The translations under genes and the position numbers were made by a program. The notes under the pieces were generated by a model. It had not been told where the DNA came from. It saw only the letters and a list, made by a program, of their open reading frames with translations, and ran no database searches. A DNA stretch of 64,000 bases from the human T2T-CHM13v2.0 reference genome, Homo sapiens: the NCBI RefSeq assembly GCF_009914755.1, contig NC_060940.1; one strand, written 5' to 3'. This document shows, piece by piece, positions 40,192-53,429 of the stretch; position 1 is the first letter of the stretch; each line of letters opens with the position of its first letter.

Positions 40192-41351
40192 CTGTTTGTG
40201 TGTGTGCATGTGTAGGGGGTTGGTTTATCTTATGAAATCCTAAGAAATTCTAGTGAAATCCCAGAAGGGGAATGATGAGGAAGAATGTGGCTTTGCAGTC
40301 TGGCTATGAAATGTTCCTCCAGAATGAGTGTGGACAGAGGTTGGCAGGTTTCATGAATATGCAGACCTGTGCTCGCCATAAGAATTTGGAGGGCTGGTGC
40401 ACCTTCGAGGAGCTGAGTCCCAATTTCTGGGCTCTTGGGTATCAAGAATGCCTGTTGCCACATGTCATGGAAACAACAGCTCGAATGAACTTCAGGAACC
40501 GTGCAGACTTGGACTATACAGTGCTCAACAGAAACTGGGGTAGACCAAAGAAAGGTTGCCAATCTAATGACTTAAAACAGCACCAATTTATTATCTCATG
40601 ATAGCCCATAGGGCAAGAGTCTATGCACAGCATAAGTCCTCTGCTCAAGGTCTCATATGGCTGAAATTGAGGTTTCCTTTCTGCAAAGTCCGACATTAAG
40701 GGACTGAGCCCTAATAGTGTCTGAGACTGAATGGCTTGACATGCAGAGATGCCAGGCTGGCAATGGAACTTAACTAGGTCTACACACATAAATGGCATTG
40801 CTATTTCTTATATCATCTCATTTAGCTTTTAAATGTATGTCTATTATACTTTAATGTTCTGTCTTTCCTGGTAGACCATAAGCTCTTGCAAGGTGGGCTG
40901 TTTCTGTCTTGCTTATTGTTGTGCCTCCAGAACCTAAGACAGTTCTTGGAACATTGTAGCGAGGGAGTCGATAAATATTTGTCAAATGAGTGCTTGACTT
41001 TTAGGTGCTTGATATGCACTTATTGAACTAAATGGAACCAGTTCTCATAAACGCCATGTGATCTGTGCAGAGTGGGTATCACTACAGCTGTTTCAAAGAG
41101 GAAGAACCAGGTTTGGGGAGTTTAGGTAACGTGTTCAGGGTCACTTCAAAGGTAGGAGCAGAGCTAGATCTTTTTCATTATATTCAGAAAAAAAATTAAT
41201 CTCTTTTTATTTGAAACACGGCCCTGAAATGTAACACTATGACACATTCTAAGTCGTATGACTCATACTTTTCATCTTCTGTGATCAAGAGAGGGGGAAG
41301 ATGTAATGAATTAGAAGCGTTTATAAGATGTGATTTTATGTTGAGGCCTCA

Positions 41352-41708
<357 letters not shown>

Positions 41709-42441
41709 CTAGCCAACTCCCCGACCCTCAACCAGAAATCAATATTAAGGGCTCATGGCATAACCTGGTTTCTCTCAGACAGACTAGACCCAAATCCTCT
41801 TTCAGGTTTCTGTTGCCTAAATAGAGTGGTTGTTCAGTGAGCAGAAATCTGGCATGTGGATTGTATTCCTTATTAATCATGTAAGCACACCATGAATTCT
41901 TGCTTCAGGGCTTTTGCACGTACTGGGATGCTTGTTTGAAAGGCTCTTCCCTTTCTTGTGACTCCATCCTTCTCATTCTTCACTTCTTGATGTAAACATC
42001 AGTCCTCAAGGAGTCTTTCCTGAAAGGGTGTCTGGGGGCACCCTCCCTCCCCATGAGTCCCCATCACTGCACACCATTTATACTACTTTTCATAATTTGC
42101 AATTACAGCTGACCCTTGAACAGCATGAGTTTAAACTGCACAGATCCACATATATGTGGATTTTCTTCCACCCCTGCCACCCCTGAGACAGTGAGACCAA
42201 CTCCTCCTCCTCCTGCTTATCCTCCTCAACATGAAGACAATGAGGACGAAGACCTTTATGATGATCCACTTCCACTTATTAAACAGTAAATGTATTTACT
42301 CTTCCTTATGATTTTCCTAATAACATTTTATTTTCTCCAGCTTAAATTAACTGTAAGAATACAGTATATAATGCATATAACATAAAACATATGTGTTAAT
42401 CGACTGTCTACGTAATCAGTAAGTCTGCTAATTAATAGTAG

Positions 42442-43544
42442 TGAAATGGGAAAAGTTCCCTTATCCCCCTGGCAGGGCTTGTAATGGGGGTGTGGCTCGC
42501 TTCTTTGGTGCCCTGCTGCTGAAACCCCTAGGGGGAGCATGCAGACAGGTCCGCTGTGGGGCTGTGACCCACAGTGTCTAGGTGTGAATGTTTACAGCTC
42601 CTGAAGCCCAAGTGGGCATGTGTTACAGTGTTTTTGGTTTGTTTGTTTGTTTGTTAGTTTGTTTTTAGGCAGAGTCTCGCTCTGCTGCCCGCCCCGCTGG
42701 GGTGCAGTACAGTAGTGCAATCTTGGCTTACTGCAATCTTCACCTCCTGGGTTCAAGCGATTCTCCTGCCTCAGCCTCCTGAGTAACTGGAATTACAGGT
42801 GCACGCCACCACACCTGGCTAATTTTTGTGTTTTTTAGTAGAGACGAGGTTTCACCATGTTGGCCAGGATGGTCTTGATCTCTTGAACTCATGATCTGCC
42901 CACCTTGGCCTCCCAAAGTGCTGGGATTACAGGCATGAGCCACTGTGCCCGGCCACAGTGTGCTCTTCTAGTTTAGCCATCCACAGGCAGATTGTGTTAA
43001 CCAGCTCAATTAGACCCCTGCTTTATCACAAAGACAGAGGGCTTTCTGTATCCCAGGGTTTCTTGCCTTGGTGTACCGGAAGAATGGGAGGACATATAGG
43101 CTTGGAGAATGAGTGCAAGGTTTAATTGAGTGGAAGTAGCTCTCAGCAGAGCGGGGAGCCAGAAGGGAGATGGAGTGGGAAGGTGGTTTTTCCCTGGAGT
43201 CAGGCCTCTTAGCAGCCCATGTGCTCCTCTGACTGCCCTGGCCAAACTCCAGGAGGATCCGACAGTCGATGACCTGCTGTGGCATCTGTCGGTGTGCTCT
43301 TTTGCAGATGTGTTCCCCTAGACTAGTCCAGCCGCTTGTGTCTCTGCCTACTAGGGTCTTGGGTTTTTATATTCACAGGATGGGGGCGTGGTGGCCCAGG
43401 GTGTTCTTGGGAAATGCAACATTTGGGCAGGAAAACAGAAATACCCATCCTCACCTTGTCTGTGGGCACAAACCCGGGGGTGGAGCCCTGGCCAAGGACC
43501 ACACCCTTCCCTTCCCAGCACTTCCCGGTCCCCCTTCTGTATCA
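42442..43544 (-). mobile_element. ERV1 solo LTR (LTR27/LTR28-like)
   Basis: Minus strand TGATACAGAAGG..GGAAGTGCTGGGAAGGG...CCCATTTCA; 4-bp TSD GTA(G/A). Confidence 0.75.
42632..42954 (-). mobile_element. AluSc-like inside the LTR
   Basis: TSD ACAGTGT. Confidence 0.94.
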
Positions 43545-43723
43545 GTAAGCTGTTAGTTTTTAAGTTTTTGGGGAGCCAATTTTGACTGCACAGGGAGTTG
43601 ATACTCCTAACCCCCGATGTTGTTCAAGGGTCAGCTGTATATAGGAATTTGTTTATTTACTTATTCGTCTTCCACTTGATCTCATGCTTCACAAGGGTAG
43701 CTACCAATGTGGTTTATTCACCA

Positions 43724-44031
43724 TTTTTTTTTTTTTTTGACACAGATTCTTGCTCTTTAGCCCAGGCTAGAGTGAAGTGGCATGATCTTGGCTCACTGCA
43801 ACCTCCGCCCCCCACCCCACCTCCGGTTCGAGCGATTCTCCTGCCTTAGCCTCCTGAGTAGCTGGAATTACAAGCACCTGCCACCACGTCCGGCTAATTT
43901 TTTGTATTTTTAGTAGAGACAGAGTTTCACCACATTGGCCAGGCTGGTCTTGAACTCCTGACCTCAGGTGATCCACACGCCTTTGCCTCCCAAAATGCTA
44001 GGATTACAGGTGTAAGCCACCACTCCCGGCC
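43724..44031 (-). mobile_element. AluS
   Basis: TSD TTATTCACCA. Confidence 0.95.
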
Positions 44032-44193
44032 TTATTCACCAATCTTAACTCAACTCTAACACAGTACCTGGACTAAAACAATCATCAATTATTTGTTAAA
44101 TGAATCATGAATGAATTAATGAATGGAGTTCATTGGGTCATTCAGCAAATATCAATTGAGTGCCAGTTATACGCATTAGAACCTAGAAATACA

Positions 44194-44594
<401 letters not shown>

Positions 44595-44974
44595 TTACCT
44601 GATTTAACCACAAATGGAGCCAAATTAACACAACACTTAAATTGTAGTGGTTCTTTGTTCTACCACAGAACTACATGAACTTACTGTCCCCCAAGATCTC
44701 TCTCAGTTATTTTTGTGAGTCCCCAGGGATGCTTCTCCTGTGCTTCAAGACCGGTCCACTCATGTTCTCGTCACCCCTTCTAGCCATGCTGCCACATTGC
44801 TCCTGGCACTATTGCTTTCTGTTCTTTCCATGGGTCCGTGGCTTTCTTGCATTTCATTGGGCACAGGAAGCTCCTACTTCTTCACCGCTGCTTATCCCAG
44901 GCCAGCTAAATGTGGCTATGGTCTTCCAGCACAGAAATGAGAAGGGTGCCTGCGTGTATCTGACTTGCCTGGGG

Positions 44975-45100
44975 ATCTGGTTACAATTCAGTTTCTGATT
45001 CAGTAGGTCTGGAGTGGGTCCTGAGAATCTGCATTTCTCATAAGCTTCCAGGTGATGCAATTTTGCTGTCCCATGGACCACATTCTGAGTAGCATGAATG
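44975..45100. mobile_element. MER5A
   Basis: TTCTGATTCAGTAGGTCTGG..GAATCTGCATTTCT..CCAGGTGATGC. Confidence 0.8.
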
Positions 45101-45289
45101 TAGAAGATACTTGTAGTGGGAACAGTAAATGCTCAGTCCATTTTGGCTGTTATGATGTTTACACCTGGAAGGTGCCTAGCACAGGGGTTGCCATTTTGCC
45201 AATGCTTTCAAGCGTATCAGGTGCTCTCAGTACCCTGCCTATCCATCTCAGAACTCATCTCTACAAGTAAAAGCTTTAACTGTGAGTAC

Positions 45290-45700
45290 TTATTACTTTT
45301 ACAGTCCATGGAAACATTGTTGGCCCTCACGTGAAGCAGGTTAGAAATACTGGAGATTAAATGCTTCCTAGAGCAACCTTCAACCCACAGTGGACAGGAA
45401 ACTGGGGAATAAATGTCCCATTTCTCTTGCCTCTCCGGTAGAACCATTCTGAGGCATGCGTTCTAGACAGGCTCCCAGTGTGCCCCAGAAAATGAAGGCC
45501 CAGCTACTGGCATTAGTAACTTTCTTGATAGCACCCTGTTAATTTACTTTATTCTCTTCCCTGTCTCTCTTCCCTCTGTTCCAACACACACACACACACA
45601 CACATATTTCCTAGAACTACTTAGCAAGTAAACTCTTTGCATCTGAATCTTTACCTCTGGGTCTGCTTCCCAAAGGTTTCTTTCAAGGCCAAATCGTCTT
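45290..45700 (+). mobile_element. LTR16-like ERVL LTR with an internal (AC)10
   Basis: GGGGAATAAATGTCCCA..ATTCTGAGGCATGCGTTC..GGGTCTGCTTC. Confidence 0.55.
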
Positions 45701-46967
45701 ACCGTAAAATCACTGTTTTTTGCAGAAGACCAAGTGTCATCCTGTAAGCCACGTCCAGACAATGCCCACCATGTCTAACAGGAGGGCTTCAGCCACAGCT
45801 CCCCTTACCTTCCCAGTGACATCATATCAAATCAGGAAGACAGTTGCTGCCAGGGTCCCCACAATGTTGTCTCGATCAGAGGACAAGTGGATGATTCATT
45901 CCAATAACCCTGACGCCATGTCTGAACAAATCAGTCTGTCTGCTTCTAGTTTATGCGGACAACCAGTTGTTGGATCACATTGACCCCCAATAAGCCAGGT
46001 GCTGCAGGACACAGCTTAGGAGGCCCTAAATGTCAGCTGCACAGAGCAGGGAGGAAGCTTCTTCCTTATGGACACTAACTTCTTTCAACTCCATGGAAGA
46101 AAGAAACTTTGAGAACCAAATAAAGAAAGCATGGGTGAACCCTGGCATTATGAATGAAATTGCTCCAGACAAATCTAAACAACCTCTCCTAGCAGGTGAG
46201 CTGGTGATTCTCCAGCTTAAGCATGCATCCTGGGCCCTTAGGGAGTGTGCTGGAATGCATTTTTCCAAGCCCACCCACAGACTCTGATCCCACCTTGGGA
46301 AAGTGCTATAAGTTGTGAGAGTGAGATGACCATCCCACAGAATCTCCCAAGGATTAAATAGAATTTGTTGAGTGCCTATGTGCCAGAAACTCTTCAAAGC
46401 TCTTTACCTCCATTCACTTCTTTGATTTTTGTGACAACCTTTTCAGTTAGGTACAGTTATTCAGCCTTATTTTTACAGATGAGAAAGCCAAGGCACAGAT
46501 AAGCTAAGGAACTTCCCTGAAGCCACACATCCAGGCACACTGGAGGAGCCAGGATTTAAACTGCCAATCTGACTCCAGAGCCACGCCCTTCCCACTATGA
46601 TAGAACCGAGGCTGAGCAAGGCCCACGCATATTACTTTCATTCTCTAGAAAGACCCTGCTATGGGCTAAATGTCTGTGTTCCCCCAGTGTTTGCATAGTG
46701 AAGGCCTAACCCCCCAGTGGGACTGTATTTGAACATATGGTCTGTGAGGAAGTGATAAAGATTAAACAAGTCATAAGCATGGGGCCCTAATCCTTTAGGG
46801 TTGGTGCCCTTATAAGAAGAGAAAGAGACACTACAGCTTTCTATTCCCCCCGTATGAGGACTTAGCTAGAGGGAGGCCATCTACAAGACAGGAAGAGGGA
46901 CCTTACCAGTGACCAAATTGTCTGGCATCTGGATCTTGGAATTCCCAGCCTCTATATATTAGTCAGG

Positions 46968-47316
46968 TGTATTAGTATGTTTTCATACTGCTATGGAGAA
47001 ATGCCGGAGACTGGGTAATATATAAAGAAAAAGAGGTTTAATGGACTCACCGTCCCGCATGGCTGGGGAGGCCTCATAATCATGGCAGAGGGCCAGGAGA
47101 AGCAAAGGTGGCAGGCAAGAGAGCCTGTGCCAGGGAACTGCCCTTTATAAAACCATCAGATCTCATGAGACTCATCCCATATCACGAGAACAGCATGGGA
47201 AAAACCTGCCCCCATTACTCAATTACCTCCCATCGGGTTCCTCCCATGGCATGTGGGGATTATAGGAGCTACAATTCAAGATGAGATTTGGGTGTGGGCA
47301 CAGCCAAACCATATAA
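46968..47316 (-). mobile_element. THE1B-like LTR nested in MLT2
   Basis: TGTATTAGT...CAGCCAAACCATAT; TSD TCAG(G/T). Confidence 0.9.
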
Positions 47317-47732
47317 TCAGTGTTCTCCAGAGAAATGAAATCAATAGGATATACATAGATATAGAAAAGGGAATTTATGATGGGAATTGGCTCACGTGAT
47401 TATGGAGTTTGAGAAGTCCCACAACATGCTGTCTGCAAGTTGGAGAACCAGGAAGCCTTGGAGTGCAATTCAGTCTGAGTTCGAATGCTTGAGAACCAGG
47501 TGAGCCAATGGTAAATTTCCCTGTCTGAGACCTAAGGCCTGAGAACTGGGGAGGCCACTGGTGTAAGTCCAAGGGTACAAAGTTTCAACAACTCAGAGTT
47601 CTGATGCACAAGGGTAGGACAAGAAGGACATTTCTGTGCCAGAAGAGAGTGAATTCACCCTTCCTCCGCTTTTTTGTTCTACTTGGGCCCTTCGTGGATT
47701 GGATGATGTCACCTACATTGGAGAGGGTGGTC

Positions 47733-47933
47733 TTTTTTTTTTTTTTTTTTTTGAGACAGAGTCTCACTCTGTCACCCAGGCTAGAGTGCAGAGGCACAAT
47801 CTCAGCTCACTGTAACCACCTCCCGGGTTGAAGCAATTCTCCTGCCTCAGCCTCCCCAGTAGCTGGGATTGCAGGCACAGGCCGCCACGCCCGGCTATTT
47901 TTTGTATTTTTAGTAGAGATGGGGTTTCACCAT
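47733..47933 (-). mobile_element. 5'-truncated AluS in MLT2
   Basis: Right arm plus part of the left arm; no TSD. Confidence 0.92.
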
Positions 47934-48056
47934 CACACCCCGCTAGACGAACCCAGGAATAATGTTTTACCAGCTATCTGGGTTTTTCTTGGCACAGTCA
48001 AGTTGACGTATCAAATTAACCATCACATTCCAGAACTGTTACAAAATAAATTTCTG

Positions 48057-48348
48057 GGCTGGGTGCAGTGGCTCACGCCAGTCATTCCAGCACTTTGGGA
48101 GGCCAAGGCGGGCAGGTCACAATGTCAGGAGATTGAGACCATCCTGGCTAACACAGTCAAACCCCGTCTCTACTAAAAGTACAAAAAATTAGCTAGGTGT
48201 GGTGGCGTGCGCCTGTAGTCCCGGTTACTCAGGAGGCTGAGGCAGGAGAATCACTTGAGGTTGCAGTAAGCTGAGATCGTGCCACTGCACTCCAGCCTGG
48301 GGGACAGAGTGAGACTCCGTCTCAAAAACACAAAAAAAAAAAAAACCA
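48057..48348 (+). mobile_element. AluSc-like in MLT1A
   Basis: TSD AAA(T/G)AAATTTCTG; ~14-bp internal deletion. Confidence 0.94.
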
Positions 48349-49419
48349 AAGAAATTTCTGTTGTTTAAGTCACCTAGTTTGTTGCATTTTACCATAAATG
48401 ACTGAGAAGACTAATACGGACCCACAGTGTTCCATGAGGATTTCTTGATTCCATTATCAACACTTGCCTGCCCTATGTCTATTTCCTCAGATCCCTGCTG
48501 CATGATCAGAAATAAACTAGAAATAAATTTGAACAGCCTTTTAGGACCTAATTTTTAAATAGCTCTTTTATTCCTGATTGTAGTCATAAATTGAGTTCAG
48601 AGCAGCATTTTTAGCATGCAGTATATCTTTGTGGAATGAATGAATGGATGGATGATTGGATGAATGAGTGACTCTGCAGGATCAGGAGTGAGGAGCTATC
48701 CCCTGCAGAATGCACTTCAAGTAGCAACCATGCTAATCCCATGTGGAATGTTATCCCTAATCTCTATTGGGTTTGACACCTTCAAAACACAGTGCTGGAA
48801 ATGGAGATAGTAATTCAAAAGCAGCACTGAATCACAGTATTAGAGGGTGCAGCAAAGAGTCATCACACTTATGCCTCCACAAGGAGGGAAACACATTATT
48901 AACATTAAATCATCTTCTGAGTAGGTTGTGTAAGGATCTGAGGACAGAGTGACGCCTTTCTAATTCAGGGTCTGAAATGGCACTCTTGAAAAGATGGATG
49001 GAGAAATGACAAATGCAATTTTGTAGATGAGCGTTTTGGTACCAGCTGGCTATGGATTCTTGGGCAAGTCACTTTACCTGCATTGGCCTCAGTTTCCTCC
49101 CCTGGAAAGGAAGGGGAATAAACATGGTGGGTCTTCTGATGTTTGGGTGGGTCCTCTGATGTTTCTGTGACCCTATCAAGTCAGAGTTTGATGTTTCTTC
49201 TCTAAAAACACAAGATATGGCAAGAGCAAATAACCAAAAGGCACGTCTTGTAAATGGTAGAATCGTGATTCGAACTCAGGCTCTGCTTACCCTAAGCTCA
49301 TGTCAGGAACTTTCCTCTATTATTTTGTTATTTCTCTATTATTTTAATTATGTGATCCCCCACCACCTAAAATTCCCTTCTTCACTCAACAATAACAACA
49401 ATGACGTATCTAGGGTATC

Positions 49420-49950
49420 TGTATGTAGCCAGGCACTTTGCTGAGCGTAGGAATAAAATAGACAGCTTCTATGCTATCACAGAGATTACAGTCTAGTTGA
49501 GGAGTTACATGTTAATCTAATAAGCATGAAAAGAAATACGAAAATGAAACAATGAGAATTTTGAAAGTTTTCAATGCTTTGAAGTCATATATTAGAGAAA
49601 TTTGTCCTCATCGGGGAAGTAAATCTCTGAGGAAGGGAAGCCTGAGTGAAGAGGTAAAAGATAAGTAGATGTTAACTAGGCCAAGAGAGAAGGGAAGGTA
49701 ATTCCAGGCAGAGATACAGCACATGCAAAGGCCCTGTGGTAGAAAGTATATGGTGAGTTTATGGGACGAAGGCTACAGGTGGCCAGAGCACAGAGAATGG
49801 GAGGGAGGACATGTTATGAGATGAAGCTGCAGAGATGGGTAGGGATATAGGGACTGCATCCTTGTGAGCTATGCTAGGTATTTTATATCCTGACACAAAT
49901 AGAAAATCACTGAAAGAGATTCTGTAATTGTCTTTAGGGATGACTCTCAA
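49420..49950 (-). mobile_element. L2 fragment
   Basis: ATTCCAGGCAGAG..CACATGCAAAGGCCCTGTGG. Confidence 0.75.
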
Positions 49951-50689
49951 ACATCCATTCTATCTCAAGTGGCCAGCCTAAGCCAATGATGTTAAAGCCT
50001 TTTTCTGTTATAAGTAACTAGTTAGAAATGGACATGTGATCCAGCAATGGACATTAAGACACGAGAGAGCATCTTCTAGGGGGCTTTTAAGGTAGGTTTC
50101 CATGTTCTTAAGAGGGACATCCTGAAAGAGATAGTCTACTTGTCCCTCTGGACACAGTCATAGATGTGATGCCTGGGACTTCTGAATCCATTCAAACGTT
50201 ACCTCCTAGTTATCCTAAGGCAGGTGGAAGACACTGCGTCCCTTCAGCTTCCACGGTGGATGGTGGTTACCTGGAATTACCCTGTCATGGAGAAGACACA
50301 CATTGGGCAAAGGGTCTTGCCCCTCAGAGAAAATATAGGGATGGCTATAGTGTAGCAAAAGTAGACAAATCTTTATTATCCTATAATTGGTTCATTTGTC
50401 AATAATTGCAATGAAATCTGGATTTAATCTTCTAGTCAATTCCGAATATGTTATTTTCATGGTGCAAAAGAAACCCAGTCCTAGTGAAAGGAAGCAGACC
50501 CCTTCATGCCCTTAATTACATGGGACCACAGGGTAGGAGGCAGCCTTGGGAAATCAGATGTGGAAGTGTTTCCAAAGCATTCTGTGCAGTGTGCACTCAC
50601 CCAGAAGATAGAAAGATGCTCCCTGGAAATCAGCCGCTCCGCAAGAGATTTTCTGACAGAAGGAACCCCAGAACTGGAAGACATTTGTT

Positions 50690-51322
50690 TGTTAGTTTCT
50701 TCAACATTTATTTTAGGTTTGGGGTGATATGCGCAGGTTTATTACCTAGGTATATTGCATGATGCTGAGGTTTTGGGTACAGTTGATCCTATCACCCAGG
50801 CACTAAGCATAGTAACCAATAGTTAGTTTTTCAGCCCTTGTCCACTTCCTTCTCACTGTAGTAGTCCCTAGTGTCTGTTGGTGTCAGCTTTATGTCCATG
50901 AGTACCTAATGTTTTGCTCTTACTTATAAGCAAGAACATGTGGTATTTGGTTTTCTGTTCCTGTTTTAATGCACTTAGGATAATGGCCTCCAGCTTCATC
51001 CATGTTGCTCCAAAGAACATGATTTCATTCTTTTTTATGGCTGTGTAGTATTCTTTGGTGTATACATACCACATATTCTTTATCTGGTATAACACTGATA
51101 GGCATCTAGATTGATTCCATGTCTTTGCTATTGAATATAGGCCTTGGCAAAGAAATCATGACAAAAAAAAAAAAAAGCAATTGCAACAAAACAAAAAATA
51201 GACAAGTGGAACCTAATTAAACTAAAGAAAAAGAAATTTTCTACACAGCAGAAGGAATAATCAACAGAATAAACGACAACCTACAGAATGGGAGAAAGTA
51301 TTTGCAAACTCTGCATCCAACA
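50690..51322 (-). mobile_element. L1PA/PB 3' end (to ~51136) with an inverted 5' ORF2 segment (51137-51322)
   Basis: Antisense 3'UTR/ORF2 end joined to sense ORF2 (ACAACCTACAGAATGGGAGAAA). Confidence 0.88.
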
Positions 51323-51979
51323 GCGTCTTTTTAACAGCTGCCCAGATGTGCCACTCCTTGACTTTTTGCAAAAATTCACCAAAAGTTGTGCATTTTCCAA
51401 GCATCTTTGGACAATAAGAAGAGGCAGAGAGTAGGAAACCAAGACATTATGGAGGCTTGTGAGTATAATCTTGTTAGTGCTTTGTAGAAAATCAGATAGC
51501 TCACACTCTGTCTCTAAAATCCTTTAATTAACCAAGAATCAGTGCCAATGTTACTCTTAACTTTCCTGTCTTCTCAACCCCTTTTTTGGTTCTGAACCCA
51601 GGTTCATGTTATTTGCCTGGCTACCTGGAATAGATTCCCATTTTCAGTATGACTTTGGGGTCCTCTCTAGAATGTTAATCCCTAAGAAATGTGCTCTCTA
51701 GACTCAGGTCCAGGGCATCCTCTTTTTACCTGCTCCTGTAGAACATTCTCTTCCGCTTTCTACTGTCTTGTACTCCTTCTTCAAGAGCACTTGACTATGC
51801 CCTCAGACTTCTACAACTTATGAGTATGCACCAGAAACACGACCCTGCGGGTTGGGAAGGCTGTCACATAGTGTAAGGCATTAGTTGGGTTTGGGAGTCA
51901 AACACATTAGGATTTTCTGACCTCATCACTTTCTAGGTGTGTGACTTTGGGTATATCATTTTAGATCACTAAGCCTTCA

Positions 51980-52762
<783 letters not shown>

Positions 52763-53250
52763 TGATGCTGTCATGAACACTGTTGGTTTCCTAACCAATA
52801 ACCATTCCTTCTTTTTTGACAGTAGAGTGTTTCATTCAGATATTCAGGGTAATGTGTCCTGTCTAAGGGGATGAATTTGTATTGCTACATTGATCATAAT
52901 AATCCTCTACCCATTTATCAACAACTGCTTTAGGTTAGGCCATATGACCATTTCTGAACTAGAGATTTAAAGGGACCGTGGAGGGGAGGTTTTCCTCCCT
53001 GATGAAAAAAAGAAACTTGAGAAGAGGAAGCACATCTTACTTTCTTCATAATTGTAGATATTATTGTGTAATTCAGTGATGTTTGGTGCTACAGCAACCT
53101 TCTTACAACCATGAGGAGAAAGCAAAGAAAACCACAGAGAAGCCATGTAGAGATCTAGATGTCTTACAGATCTAGAGATAGATGTCTTATTATATGAGAG
53201 AGTTAACTCAACATGTGCACATGGTCAGGGTTCTGGATGGCTTCTCTGTG

Positions 53251-53334
53251 ATTTTTCCCATTCTGTAGGTTGTCTCTTTACTCTGTTGATAATTTCTTTT
53301 GCTGTGCAGAAGCTCTTTAGCAGAAGCTCTTTAG
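53251..53334 (-). mobile_element. Isolated internal L1 ORF2 fragment within a rearranged patch
   Basis: TTTTCCCATTCTGTAGGTTGTC...GCTGTGCAGAAGCTCTTTAG with a 14-bp tandem duplication. Confidence 0.85.
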
Positions 53335-53429
53335 GGTTTCTTAGATGTCTACCTAAGACATCTCTAGATAGAAGTCTTATATGAGGAAGAAAAATCTCTA
53401 TTGTTTAAGCCATTTTTACACACTTGTGG

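Larger units (their letters stand above)
42106..43637. mobile_element. Tigger2a/MER28-type element interrupted by an LTR
   Basis: TIRs CAGCTGACCCTTGAACA / TGTTCAAGGGTCAGCTG; TA duplication at both ends. Confidence 0.9.
46955..48027 (-). mobile_element. MLT2B-like ERVL LTR nested in MLT1A
   Basis: TATTAGTCAG/GTTCTCCAGAGAAA...AAATTAACCATCACA. Confidence 0.8.
46657..48418 (+). mobile_element. MLT1A-like MaLR LTR (outer element of a nest)
   Basis: TGCTATGGGCTAAATGT...GACTAATAC; TSD GACCC on both sides. Confidence 0.85.

Noticed and set aside
49126-49164. 20-bp tandem duplication (also a 19-bp one at 61653-61689)
   Set aside because: Ordinary isolated slippage duplications
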